Assembly (NCBI RefSeq): GCF_044704955.1
Contig: NC_091992.1
Location: 73,966,001-74,030,000, forward strand
From: Pristiophorus japonicus
Lineage: Eukaryota
Length of the DNA: 64,000 bases
Direction of reading: 5' to 3'
The notes under the pieces were generated by a model. That model was not told the DNA's origin. It searched no databases and was given only the letters and a program-made list of their open reading frames with translations. Position numbers and translations under genes: made by a program. Of this stretch, positions 34,610 through 48,108 are shown in pieces; within the stretch, counting starts at the first letter, position 1; each line of letters begins with the position of its first letter.

Positions 34610-35650
34610 TAAATTAAAGGCTGGTTAACAAAATTGAGGCTAATGGAGTAAGAGGGTCTGTGTCAACTTGGTTAAGAAATTGGTTTAAGGACCAAAAACA
34701 GTGAGTCATGGTGAATGATTGTGTTTCAGACCAGAGGGTGGGGGACAGTGGTCCCCAGGGGTCAGTGCTCTGACCTCCTGCTTTTTTGATGTATATAAAT
34801 TACTTGGATATTGGGATACAGAGTAAAATTTGCTGATGATACCAAACTTGGAGGTGTGGCAAACAGTGAGGATGATACCAATTGACTGGAACAGTACATA
34901 GATAGGCTGGCAGAATGGTCAGACAAGTGGCAGATGAAATTTAAGAGAGAAAGTGAGGTGATGCATTTTGGCAGAAGGGAAGGGGAGAGGTAATATAGAC
35001 TTAATGGCACAGTTCTAAAGAGTGTGCAGGGACAGAGGGACCTGAGGGTTCATGTGCATCGATATTTGAAGGTGGCAGGACATAGAGAGAGAGAGAGAGA
35101 GAGAGATATATTAGTAAAGCATATGGGAAGCAGGGACGTTATGCTGAACCTTTTATCAAGCTCCGGTTAGACCACCTGACTTTAGGAAGGATATGAAGGT
35201 CCTTGAGAGGGTGCAGAGGAGATTTGCCAAAATGGTTCCAGGGATGAGGGATTTTAGCCACAAGGTTAGGTTGGCGAAGCTGGGGTTATGCTCCTTTTTT
35301 GAAGGAGGTTGAGGGGAGATTTGATAGAGGTGTGCACAATTATGACCGGGTTAGATAAGATAGAGAAAGAAAAGCTGTTGGTGCAACGACTAGGGGACAC
35401 AGATTTAAGGTTTTGGGCAAGTGATACAGGGGGATGTGAAGAGGAACTTTTTTACGCAGCAAGTGGTAATAACCTGGAACTCGCTGCCGACGAGGGTGGT
35501 GGAAGTGGAGACTATCAATGATTTCAAAAGGAAATTGGATAGACACTTGAGGGAAATAAACTTGCAGGGCTACGGGGATAGAGTGGGGCAATAGGACTGA
35601 CTGCATTGCTCCAGAGAGTTGGCATGGACTCCTTCTGTGCCATTATGACT
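34610..35650 (+). mobile_element. Old CR1 LINE 3' portion
   Basis: CAGGGGTCAGTGCT, TTTGCTGATGATACCAAACTTGG (FADDTKL), RGDLIEV motifs. Confidence 0.8.
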
Positions 35651-37583
35651 AAATACAGACTTTGAATGTCTTCAACTTGTCCACTGCAGCAACAGTATTT
35701 ACCTGAACCAGTTGCACAGCATAGACTTGGCTGGGAGACTGGTTAATGCTGATAAGTTGTACCATCTTACAAATAGCTTGACCGCCCCCCAAAGCCCCAC
35801 ACAGCTGAAGGCTTTTCAACAGGCTGAAGTTTCTCAATCGTAAATCAAGTGTCCTAATTTTAAACAGGATGTCTGTTTCCCCACCCCATTTCTGTGTCTT
35901 GTGATGTGCAACCATTGATAGTTATTTAAAGGGTAGACTCAATTTTCATTACCAGCAAATGCATTAGAAGGTTGTGGGTTCAAGTCCCACTCCAAGAACT
36001 TGAGCACATAAATCTAGGCTGACACTCCAGTGCAGTGCTGAGGGAGTGCTGCACCGGCAGAGGTGTGGTCTTTCGGTTGAGACGTTAAACTGAGGTCCCG
36101 TCTGCTCTCCAGTGGATGTAAAAGATCCCATGGCACTATATTTTGAAAAAGATCAGGGGAGTTATCCCTGGTGTCCTGGCCAATATTTATCCCTCAATCA
36201 ACATAACACAAAAACAGATTATCTGGTCATTATCACCATGCAATTTTTTTTGAGCTTGCTGTGCACAAATTGGCTGCCCATTTCCCACAATACAACAGTG
36301 ACTACATTCCAAAAGTACTTCATTGGCTGTAAAGCACTTTGGGACGTCCAATGGTCGTGAAAGGCGCTATATAAATCCAAATCTTTTTCTTTAGAAGTCA
36401 AACCATAAAATTCCCTCAAGGTCCCAGTAGAGGGCAGCACTGCGCTTGTGCCTGGCTCGATTCCCAAGGGTGCTATAATAGTCCTCTGGGGCTGGGCTGG
36501 GCAGTGGCTAAATTAGCTTGTTCTCTTGCTCTTCTTCCTGCATTGAATTAAAGAAAAGACAAAGAACTTTCATTTATATAGCGTCTTTCATGACCTCTGA
36601 GCATCCCAAAGCACTTTACAGCCAATGAAGTAAAAAGAAAGACTTTCATTTTATATAGCACCTTTCATGACCACCGGACGTCTCAAAGCACTTCACAGCC
36701 AATGAAGTACTTTTGGAGTGTAGTCACTGTTGCAATGTAAGAAATGCAGCAGCCAATTTGTGCACAGCAAACTCTCTCAAACAGCAATGAAATACGATCA
36801 GATAAGCTGTTTTAGTGAAGTTGGTTGATAAATATTGGTCAGAACACTGGGGAGAACTCCCTTGCTCTTCTTCGAAATAGTGTCATGGGAACTTTTACAT
36901 TTTTCCCCCCTCACCCCCCAAGAGGGCAGACCGGACCTTGATCTGAAAGACAGTACCTACTGTGTTCCAAGTCTCTGGATTGGGGCTGGAACCCTTGTGA
37001 CTCCAATGCAAGTGTGCCACACACTGAGCCACGGTTGCACTCTGATATAGAATGTGCCCCATTTAAAAAAACCAGCCGTTCGGCCCAACCAGTCTGTGCT
37101 ATCCTTTATTCTCCACGTGAGCAGTAGTCCTAATCCCATCTGCCACCCTGTTCCCCTATCTCTTTATCCCCCTTTCCTTAAATTGTCTATCTAACCTATT
37201 CTGAAATGTTGACCTGGTCACTGACTCCAGTACTACATTCCACAGCCTCACAACCCTCTGCCCCAAATCTCTTCCATTTAATCTTATATCTGCCCCCTTG
37301 CTCTACACCCCTCAGTCATTCCTGATTGTTATCCAGTGACCTCTGCCAGAAAGTACATGTGTGGAGAGCAGGCTCTGCTATATTGCCCTCCTGTCAAATA
37401 GCCTGTGGGCGCTCACCTGTCTGGGAGGTCGGGCTGGATCAGGTTGTGGAGAAGTGAGTGTGTGAAGCCGTCCCTAATAACCTCATTAGTGACAGTCCTG
37501 CCTGATCGGGCCATGGGGCTGTCCGAGGGGTAGGTGCCCCTGTGTGAGTGTGATGTTACCCCTCTGATTTCCTGTGCTCGCAG

Positions 37584-37692
37584 CGTGCTGATGTTTTACG
37601 ATCACGTGGAGCTGTCGTTCAGTGACGTGGACAACGCCTTGGAGGCTTTCAAAGGCTCCAGGAAGGGAACCGTTTACCTGATGCCTTACCAA
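37584..37692 (+). CDS. WBP2: WBP2 exon 2 (GRAM domain)
   Basis: CTCGCAG|; (S)VLMFYDHVELSFSDVDNALEAFKGSRKGTVYLMPYQ; donor CAA|GTAAGT; 109 nt. Confidence 0.95.
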
Positions 37693-37974
37693 GTAAGTGA
37701 CACCGCCACCTCCTGCATCTGTGAGATACTGAGCTCCGCTCCTTTCCATTCCTACATTAAATAAACACACAGGCTTTTTATTTTCGAATACGTCACCTGT
37801 CAGTGTACAATAGACCAGAGCCTTTCCCTGGCGTACCAGGATTGAGACCCAGCCCAGATTGATGGGGAGTGTCTCTCCTGTCCTTTGGCTGTAAGGGGTC
37901 AGTATCAAATCAGATTGGGCAGTCCCAACATAGTCACTGGTGGGCAAGTGTCCTACAACACAAACCTGCCCCTA

Positions 37975-38345
37975 GTTTGGGAGTGTTTGATGGAACAGTG
38001 CAGAGGGAGCTTTACTCTGTATCTACCCCGTGCTGTACCTGCCCTGGGGGTGTTTGATGGGACAGTGAAGAGGGAGCTTTACTCTGTATCTAACCTGTGC
38101 TGTACCTGCCCTGGGAGTACTTGATACTAACGTTGGGTAACCTATTCCCCAGCAATAACATCCTGTACCTTGAGGATTGGTTGTGGGGATGGGGGAAACC
38201 ATTCTGTACCCCAGTGTTAGTGACAGACCTGTACCCACCAGTACTGTACCCCAGTGTTATACAGTGACATACCTGTACCCACCAGTACTGTACCCCAGTG
38301 TTATACAGTGACAGACCTGTACCCACCAGTACTGCACCCCAGTGT
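37975..38345. repeat. Inverted 67-bp array (37975-38118) followed by inverted 44-bp array (38203-38345)
   Basis: Reverse complements of the units at 366-648 and 1-260. Confidence 0.88.
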
Positions 38346-38487
38346 TGCACAGGGACACCCAGCAGTAATACATATACAGTGGCTCTGCCCCCAGCAGTAA
38401 CAGACCTGTACTGATATAACTGAATGAATTTGTTGGCCTTCCTGTATCCTATGTCACGGTGCTCTTCTGTATCTGTTTTTTTTTCAG

Positions 38488-38626
38488 GTAGCCTTTGTGG
38501 CAAAAGACAGCAGAGAGGCTCTGGAAAATTTCACAATGCCATTTTATTTGATGAAGGGCTGTGAGATCAAGCAGCCAGTGCTCGGGGCAAACTACATCAA
38601 AGGAACCATCACTGCTGAGCCAAGTG
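38488..38626 (+). CDS. WBP2: WBP2 exon 3
   Basis: TTTTTTTTTCAG|; [46 protein letters not shown](G); donor G|GTATGT; 139 nt. Confidence 0.96.
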
Positions 38627-38780
38627 GTATGTAGGAGTAAAGGGAACATTCCAGTAGTCCTCCTGCGTGTATCATGGGATATATTTCTGAAATCCTTCAG
38701 CTCGTTTATTTACAACAAGCAGTGGGAGAAATGAGTATTGATCAACGGCTGATCTCCATTGCTTTATTGGGAGAGGAACT

Positions 38781-39035
38781 GCATCCAGTGCTGGGTTAGC
38801 ATGCTGCACTCTCTGCATCCAGTGCTGGGTTGGCATGCTGCACTCTCTGGATCCAGTGCTGGGTTAGCATGCTGCACTCTCTGGATCCAGTGCTGGGTTG
38901 GCATGATGCACTCTCTCGATCCAGTGCTGGGTTAGCATGCTGCACTCTCTGGATCCAGTGCTGGGTTAGCATGCTGCACACGCTCTCTGCATCCAGTGCT
39001 GGGTTAGCGCGCTCTCTGGATCCAGTGCTGAGTTA
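38781..39035. repeat. 34-bp minisatellite (ATCCAGTGCTGGGTTAGCATGCTGCACTCTCTGG)n, about 7.5 units
   Basis: Unit starts at 38783, 38817 and 38851. Confidence 0.92.
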
Positions 39036-41316
39036 ATATGCTGTCGGACCAACAGATTAACCACACAGAGGCAGTGGAGGGGTCGAGAGTTGGTGAGGTA
39101 GAGCTGGATGTCATTAACGTACACCTGGAACCTGTCTACCTGCCGTTAGATGATGTTACCAAGGGGCAGCATGTGAGGAGGAGGAGAGGGGGGGGGGGGG
39201 GGAATAGATTCTTGGGGATTCCAAAGGTAACAATGTGGGAGCGAGAGGAGATGCCATTGCAGGAGATTCTCTGGATAAATAGGAATGGAAGCAGGTGAGG
39301 GCACGTCCACTCTGCTGGCCAATGGAGGAGAGGTGTTGGAGGTTAGTGCCGTGCACGATGTCAACGGCTGCAGACAGGTCAAGAAGGATGAGGAGGGATA
39401 GCTTGGCATGGTCACCGTCACATAGGATCTGATTTGTGATATTGTGTAGGGCTGTTCTGATGCTGTGGTACGGGAATAAACCTGTTTTGGAGAGATTCAA
39501 GCATCATCATATCATCATAGTCAGTTCCTCGATGCGAGGATGACTTGCTTCCATGCCAAAAAAGGATAAGTTCACATGTTCCAATGAAGGAGCTAATATT
39601 CCAGGTCCTGAACTACATACTGAAGGGTGGAAGATGCCTGTGCGTCGATTTTTTTTTTAAACGTGGGGTGACTGTTGCACACCAGCCACCACACGGGCTT
39701 GACAGAGCTAGGTCTTGATCCAGTGGCAAGAGTTAACCAAGACGACTGGAGACCTGCTCTGCTGCACGGACCTAGTGCGCGTGCACGTCGCAGTGTGAGC
39801 TGTGGCCCATGGTTCAAGCATAGAGTTGTGGGAAAGGTGGGCATGGATTTGGGAGGTGATCACTTGTTCAACGACATTTATTGAGGAGCGGATGATGGCA
39901 GTTTTGAAAGGGAGACAGAATCTGAGGAAAGGGTGTCATTTCTAATGCCAGCTAGTTTAATGGGAATGGATTCAAGGGAGCAGGAAGTGTGTTGGATGGG
40001 CAAAATGAGCTCGGAGAGAACCAGAGGGGAGACTGGAGAGAAAGTTGGCAGTTCAGAGCTGGGGCAATGGAAAGCTTTGTGTGTGAGGGAGGGTTGGCTT
40101 GGCAGGAAGCAGCTGAATGGATGGTCTCATCCTCGGTGACAAAGACATCCACGAGTTCCTCACAATTGTTGCTGGAGGTGAGGGGTAGGGGAGCGATTTT
40201 AAGGAGAGTTTTGGTCCTCTGCAGGATGAACCTGGAACATTGAGTGCAGTTGACAGTGAGGCTTGAATACTCTTGATGTGGTTCATCTGAGCCAGTTGTG
40301 CCACCTGGCTAGACCACATGATGTGCTATCGGGCCTTGCTCTACTCTGTGCACCTCTTGGACTTCAGGGAGTGTGGATGGGGGGGGTGGGTGGAGTGTGG
40401 ATTTTGCTGGGGACCAGGGCATCAAAGGCAGAGCTGATGGAGTAGTTGAGCAATTGCTGCAGAAGTATCCTGGCGAATGGGGGGCAAAGCCTCTGCGATT
40501 TGTTACTGATCTCGCTGTTGGTTACCTCCCTGTTTAGAGGAGTGAGCCTTTGGCTCTGTGGTGGGTAGTGAAGATTTCCTACCTCTGAGTCAGAAGTTGC
40601 AGGGTTCGATCCCTGCTCCAGACAATCTCGGCGAGTGGAGTCCCGAGCTCCGGCTCGGAATTCTGGGTTGACATCCTGCAGGATCCTTGGGTGTGGGTGG
40701 TCCCAACCTCATCGTATGGGCCGCGGGAGCCCGTCAAACCCCCCCCTCTGTCTGGGGCTATCAGCTGGTGTATAGATGGCTGTGGCCGTGGAGTGTTCAC
40801 ATTGTGGCCTGTCACACAGCTCATTGGCCGGTAAATCCCTCGGCGAATAGTGTGCAGCAGTGGAAGGAAGTGTGTGTATACACAACCGTAACCACTCGCT
40901 ATTATTGGGTGAGAGTTCTAGTCGGGATTCAGTCTCATCCTGTTGTCAGAGGCTAAAATTGAAGAGAATTGTCAAAACTTTGGTGTGGGTTCAAATCCCA
41001 ACAAAGTCGGGGGAACCTTTTTATTGAGTCACGTAATAAGTTAGAGAGACATTGAACAGACAGTATAAATGGAATCCAGATAATTGGAGAGGAGTTGAGG
41101 GGTATGGTGGGGGTGAGATTATCTCTGAAATAACGATCGGTTTGTTAGACCATTGGCCTTTCCTGCCCCTAAAATGTTTTTCTTTTCTGGGTCGGGAGAG
41201 AGTAAACGTTTAAAAAGGCAGAGAGTTTGCTCAGGATTTGTAGTCTGAGGGAATCCGAGTGGCTGCAATGAATTCCTGTTTTTCCACTCCATTCTAACCC
41301 ACTTTCTCTCCCACAG

Positions 41317-41409
41317 GGGGATGGGAAGGTTCTGCCACATTTAAACTTACCTTCAACAACGGAGGAGCCATTGAATTTGGACAACTGATGTTACGGACAG
41401 CATCGCAGG
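41317..41409 (+). CDS. WBP2: WBP2 exon 4
   Basis: CTTTCTCTCCCACAG|; (G)[30 protein letters not shown]; donor CAGG|GTATGG; 93 nt. Confidence 0.96.
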
Positions 41410-41464
41410 GTATGGCTTCATTCACTCACTCTGCAGGGTTCCACTCTGTCCCTCATGACCATAT

Positions 41465-42930
41465 AAGGAGCAGGAGTAGAAGTAGGCCATTTGGCCCCTC
41501 GAGCCTGCTCCGCCATTCAATACGATCATGGCTGATCTGATCCTGGCCTCAACTCCACTTCCCCACCTGCTCCCCATAACCCTTGACTCCCTTATCTTTC
41601 AAAAATCTATCTCCACCTTAAATATACTCACTGACGCAGCCTCCACAGACCTGAGGTAGAGAATTCCAAAAATTCATGACCCTCCTGAGAGAAGAAATTC
41701 CTCCTCATTTCTGTTTTTAAATGGGAGGCCCCTTATTCTGAAACTATACCCCGTAGTTCTAGATTCCCCCAAGAGGGGAAACATCCTCTCTGCATCTACC
41801 CTGTCAAGACCCCTCAGAATCTTGTATGTTTCAATAAAATCACCTCTAAGTCTTCTAAACTCCAATGAGCATCGGTCCAACTTGCTCAACCTTTCTTCAT
41901 ATGACAACCCCTTCATCTCGGGCATCAACCTCGTGAAGCTTCTCTGAACAGCCTCCAATGCAAGTATATCCCTTCTTAAATAAGCAGGACTTCCCTACTT
42001 TTATACTCCATCCCCCTTGCAATAAAGGCTAACATTCTATTTGCCTTCCTAATTACTTGCTGTACCTGCTTACTAACTTTTTCTGTTTCATGTGCAAGGA
42101 CCCTCAGATCCCTCTGTACTGCAGCATTTTGTAATATCTCTCCATTTAAATAATAATTAGCTTTTTTATGTTTTCTACCACAGTGGATAACCTCACATTT
42201 TCCCACATTATACTGCATCTGCCAAATGTTTGCCCACTCACTGAGCCTATCTATATCCCTTTGTAGATTCTTTGCGTCCTCCTCACAACTTGCTTTCCCA
42301 CCTATCCTTGTATCATCAGCAAATTTGGCTACATTACACTCTATCCCTTCATCCAAGTCATTAAATTAGATTGTAAATAGTTGAGGCCCCAGCACTGATC
42401 CCTGTGGCACCCCACGAGTTAGTTTGCCAACCTGAAAATGACCCATTTATCCTGGCTTTCTGTTAGTTAGCCAATCCTCTGTCCACGCTAATATATTACC
42501 CCCAACCCTGTGAGCTCATATCTTGTGCAGTAACCTTTTATGCACTTTATCGAATGCCTTCTGGAAATCCAAATACACGCCATCTACTGGTTCCCCTTTA
42601 TCCACCCTGCTTGTTACATCCTTAAAGAACTCGAGCAAATTTGTCAAACATGATTTCCCTGTCATAAAACCATGCTGACTCTGCCTGACTGCATTATGAT
42701 TCTCAAAATGGCCTGCTACTACTTCCTTAATGATGGACTTCAGCATTTTCCCAATGACCGATGTTAGGATAACTGGTCTATAGTTTCCTGCTTTCTGTCT
42801 CCCTCCTTTCTTTAAATAGGGGTGTTACATTTGTGTTTGCCAGTCTGCTGGGACTTCTCCAGAATCCAGGGAATTTTGGTAGATTATAATCAATGCGTGC
42901 ATTATTTCTGTAGCCACCTCTTTTAAACAT
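41465..42930 (-). mobile_element. CR1 LINE 3' half in WBP2 intron 4
   Basis: ORFs 42516-42746, 41976-42356 (AKFADDT), 41674-41958. Confidence 0.92.
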
Positions 42931-44370
42931 TACAGTCCAGCCTCACTCTCCCTTCACCATGCCTTTCCGCCTTCATATTTTGTCCCCTTATTCCTATAGC
43001 TGCTGACTTTTTTTGCTGGGCAATGGTTCCTGTTGGGAGGGAGGGGCATCAGTCCAGATGCTTGGTGATGCAAACCGTGGGGAAGGACTACCCTTTATAC
43101 TTCAGCTCACAGTTCCTTTTAATGTGTTAACTGTGGCTCAGTGGCAGCACTCTTGACCCCGTCAGAAGGTTGTAGGTTCAAGTTCGACTCCAAAGATTTG
43201 AGCCCATAATCTAGGCTGACACTCCAGTCAGAGGTGCCGTCTTTCGGATGAGGCGTTAAACCGAGGCATCGTCCACCCTCTCGGGTGAACATAAATAATT
43301 CCACGGCACTATTTCAAAGAACAGGGGAGTTATCCCCGGTGTCCTGGCCAATATTTATTCCTTAACCGACATCACTAAAACAGATTATCTGATCATTTAT
43401 CACATTGCTGTTTGTGGGACCTTGCTGTGTGCAAATTGGCTGCCGTGTTTCCTACATTACACCATGATGACAATTCATTGGCTGTAAAACGCGTTGGGGT
43501 ATCCAGGGGTTGTGAAAGGCGCTATAGAAATGCAAGTTTGTTCTTGAGGGAATTATCCCCTGGGATCACTGCACTAGGAGGCAGTTTGGGCTCAAAGTCT
43601 ATGATCTGGTTCATTTTATAGCGGGGGCATTGGGGGAAAAAAAGGGGATTTATAGATTTTAGTTCAAGGTTGCTGACGAGCCAGGAGGTTCTGCCCTGTC
43701 CGGCACAGTGGTCTGTGTGCTGGGAGCCAAGGCCATAAACCGGCTCCTCCGTTGAGCAATGTGGTCAGATTTGCTGGTCTGAGACATTAGTCTGGGGCCA
43801 ACTGATCCATTCCTAGTCGGCTGTTAATGATATGGCCCATTTCATGGACACTCAAGGACCGACTTTATCAGCTGAGAGTGCACTTTACATTGATCATTAG
43901 TGATGGACGCTTTCGATCCCCTCTTACCCCAACAATTGACCAGTGAATATTGTACTGCCTCCCACCCTTGGGTTACAACCAAATGAAATAAGGGGCAACT
44001 CAAGATCTCATCTTGGGGTACAGTATGGGTGGGTACAGGTCTGTCACTGTATAACACTGGGGTACAGTACTGGTGGATACAGGTCTGTCACTGTATAACA
44101 CTGGGGTACAGTACAGGTCTGTCACTGGGTGACACTGCCTCGTGATCAGATAAATTAAAGCTGGACTATTTCACAATGTTACATTGTCCTGACCTTTTTG
44201 AAAGATTTGAAGGTGTCTGTAGGGGAGGTGGTTATTGTGAGGTCTGGTGATGGAATTCCTATGCCTTGGTGCTGTGTTTGTGCAGTCCCTTACCACATTA
44301 TGTTCCGAATCGACCTTCAGTCTAATTGAGGGGTGCATGTGTTTACTAAACCCTCTCTATTCTCTCCCAG

Positions 44371-44511
44371 CCTCTCGGGGTGAAGTCCCAGCAGGAGTTT
44401 ACGGCTACACCTGTGTGCCAAACAGTGCCTGTGGAATGGTACCGCCTATGGGGGCCCCCGTGTACCCCCCACCACAGGCTGCAATCTTTGCTTACCCACC
44501 CCTGCCTCCAG
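44371..44511 (+). CDS. WBP2: WBP2 exon 5
   Basis: CTCTCCCAG|; (A)SRGEVPAGVYGYTCVPNSACGMVPPMGAPVYPPPQAAIFAYPPLPP; donor CCAG|GTGAGT; 141 nt. Confidence 0.94.
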
Positions 44512-46715
44512 GTGAGTTCACAGCCTCCTTTAGGAAGGTTGTGTTGTGCTGATAATCTATCTGTCACCGGCCAGGGGAGACTCTGTGTGCTTCACGTCAG
44601 GCTCTGGCACTTCCGCTGGTGCAGCTACTGGTTCAACTCTTATTCACCCATCCTTCTCTAGTCCACAACACGCTTCGAGTTAGCACGAGACACCTGATGG
44701 TGCTGTATATGGAACCAACATTATTCATATCCATCATCATCATCATCATCATCATCGGCAGTCCCTCGAAATCGAGGAAGACTTGCTTCCACTCTCAAAA
44801 TGTGTTCTCAGGTGACTACAGTCCAACCAATACGGGAATTACAGTCTCTGTCACAGGTGGGACAGACAGTGGTTGAGGGAAAGGTTGGGTGGGACAGTTT
44901 TGCCGCATGCTCTTTCTGCTGATTGCGTTTGGTTTCTGCATGCTCTCGGCGACGAGACTCGAGGTGCTCAGCGCCCTCCCGGCTGCTCTTCCTCCACTTT
45001 GGGCGGTCTTTGGCCAGGGACTCCCAGGTGTCGGTGGGGATGTTGCATTTTATCAGGGAGGCTTTGAGGGTGTCCTTGAAATGTTTCCTCTGCCCACCTG
45101 GGGTTCGCTTGCCGTGTAGGAGTTCCGAGTAGAGCGCTTGCTTTGGAAGTCTCATGTCAGGCATGCGAACAATGTGGCCCGCCCAGCAGAGCTGGTCGAG
45201 TGTGGTCAGTGTTTCGATGCTGGAGATGTTGGCCTGGTTGAGGACGCTAACGTTGGTGCGTCTGTCCTCCCAGGAGATTTTCAGGATATAGCGGAGAATT
45301 CGTTGGTATTTCTCCAGCGATTTAAGGTGTCTACTGCATTTGGTCCACGTCTCTGAGCCATACAGGAGGGCAGGTATCACTACAATCCTGTAGACCATGA
45401 GCTTAGTCAGCACAGGTGATTGATCTATACTGTACATCGAGTGGCCTTCGGTTTCTCCATCTATTGAGCTCTCCAAATAACTATTGAAAACCGTGCTCTT
45501 TTTTTTATGCCTTAGTTTGCTTACATCAAAGGTACATGTCACAGATAATTGCCCACGACTTATCTGTTCCTGAATCCTTTGAAAACAATCTATTTGCATA
45601 GAGTAAAATACCTCCCTCAAACAAGACTTGCTGACATATCCTGAATCTTTTTGAGGATTAATTTTATTTAACAGCTTATCTTCCTACACATCCCCTCTAA
45701 ACTATAGTTAATGGATCCCTCTGCGTATATTTATTGTACTAGCCACAAAAGTTATGCTTTAATCACCCATGGTTTAAATCACTACTGTCACTTGTTTCCT
45801 TGCACATAGTACTTGGCAGTAGGTAAGCCATGCTCTCCACTCTGGCCCCCTGCTGCTATCTTCATATTGGAAAGCCTGCTGCTCTAAGATAGAAGGAAAT
45901 TCGATTATTAGCCCTTATCTCTCCCAAGATGTCCCAACAGCAACCACCAACCCCCATCGCATGAATACCGGCCCCCCCTCTCCCCTCCACCCGCAAACAC
46001 CGGGAACACCTCACTTAACCCCCTTTTCCCCAACCCCCCCCCCCCATCTGGCCTAGTTTACGCTGAGTTATTTTGCCTCTGGAAGTTGTTGCCTTTCTTT
46101 ACAGTTTTGCCCATTCTCCCCCTCCCCATTAATTTGTACAACAGGCCTCTGGTCCCTTGGGAAGAGAGTGGAAGTCGGCCAGATTCCCACCAGTAATTAT
46201 TAGCTAACTCCTCAATCCACGTGTGTGGACAAAACTGGGCTCGGCCCACCATAGTTGAATAGCCGACCAACATTCTCCACAGAGAATGGTCACTTGGCCA
46301 AAGTATCCGTGACAGTGAAAATTCTTGGTCTCCACCAATTGTTTTAGTTTTAGTTTTAGTTTTTTTTTGTTCTCTTCCCCCCTCCTTTTTCTTGTTGGGT
46401 TACAGATTCATGGGGGCTGGTTTTCCTCATGAACCGGCCATTCTTTTGTGAGCTTAATTGTCGAGCATCAGGGTATTGGACCATGGGGTGCATCACAGCC
46501 GCTGCTGACCATGTCCCTGATTCGATGGGTCTACGTGTACAAAGCCCAGCAGGAGCCGCTGGCTAGCGGTCAGACGTAGTAACCAATAGCCCCAAGGTAC
46601 TGAGGCCAATTCTCTCTATTGCCACTCCAGCTGAGACCAGGGATCAATCCTGAGGTTTGTGTCCTTTTGTATCTGTTTGACACATTGCTTACACCCATTG
46701 CTCTCATCCCCACAG

Positions 46716-46835
46716 TTGGATTTTACCCAGGACCTCCTCCCATGGACGGTACAATGAACTATATGCCTCCGCCACCTTACCCAGGACCCATGACTCTTCC
46801 AGGAGCTGATGCACTACTCCCACGGACTCCAGCAG
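46716..46835 (+). CDS. WBP2: WBP2 exon 6 (contains a PPPY motif)
   Basis: CATCCCCACAG|; (V)GFYPGPPPMDGTMNYMPPPPYPGPMTLPGADALLPRTPA; donor CAG|GTCAGT; 120 nt. Confidence 0.95.
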
Positions 46836-48031
46836 GTCAGTAAGCCCTTGTGATTCTCAAATGTTAAGGTGGGGCTGCGAACTGAATGAACGCACTCCTG
46901 GAGCCCATTCCACCCTGGGTCCAGCACAGGGCCCTCTGTTGAATGGAGGATGCTAGACAACTAAGAGCAGGCACTGTTGTAATGTAGGAAACATGCCAGC
47001 CAATTTTCACACCACAAGATCCCATCAACAGTTATGAGATAAATGACCAGATGATCGCTCTCTTAGTGATGTTGATTGAGGGTTAAATAATGGCCAGGAT
47101 GCCAGGGAGGGCTCCCCTTGCTCTTTGTTGGATAGTGTCATGGCATCATGTACACCCGCAACAGAGCAGACGGGGCCTCACTTTAACGTCTTATCTGAAA
47201 GATGGCACCTCAGACAGTGCAGCGCTCCCTCAGCACTGCACTGGAGTGTCGGCCTAGATTACATGCTCAAGTCCCTGGATTGGGAACCCACAACCTTCTG
47301 GCTCCGAGTCAAGTGTGCTACCCACTGAGCCACCGCTGGCACCTACCGTACAAAGCAGAAAATCCCAGGTTTGATCCCTGTTCTGTGTGGAGTTAGAAAA
47401 TCTCGGCAGGGAGACTACAATCCGCCTCCTGGGGTTAGGGACATAAGAACACAAGAAATAGGAGCAGGAGTGGGCCATTTGGCCCTTCGAGTCTGCTCCG
47501 CCATTCAATAAGATTGTGGCCTCAACTCCACTTCCCTGCCCACTTCCCATAACCCTCGACTCCCTTTATAGTTCAAAAATCAGTCTATCTCTGCTTTAAA
47601 TATATTCAATGACCCAGCTTCCACAGCTCTCTGGGGTAGAGAATTCCAAAGATTCACGACCCTCGGAGAAGAAATTCCTCCTCATTTCTGATTTTTAAAT
47701 GAGCAACCCCTTATTCTGAAACTATGTCCCCTAGGGACAGGGAATACCAGCCAGGTACGCTCACTATATGGGTCTTGACATAGGAAGAGTGGCCTTTACT
47801 GCTGTCTGTGTGAGGAGGCGGGCTCCCTGTGCCTGTGGAACCATATCCTGACTGGAGTCAATGCCCTCGGGAGAGGTAGGGAGAATATTGAGGGGTGGGT
47901 GAAGATTATTTGGACTCTGTGATGGGGGAATGTTGTAGGTGTCTGGGTGTTGCTGTAGGAAGCAGTTGCTGTACTCTTTGGAAGTTGCACCATTGGCACA
48001 TGTGTGGTAACTCCTTGCTATTTCTTTTCAG

Positions 48032-48108
48032 CTGAGGCAAAGGCTGCAGAAGGGGCTGGAAGTACTTACAGGAGTCAGTCAATCCCTCACAGTATGTCTG
48101 CACCCATG
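48032..48108 (+). CDS. WBP2: WBP2 exon 7
   Basis: TTTCTTTTCAG|; (A)EAKAAEGAGSTYRSQSIPHSMSAPM; donor ATG|GTAAGA; 77 nt; exons 1-7 total 717 nt in frame. Confidence 0.92.
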
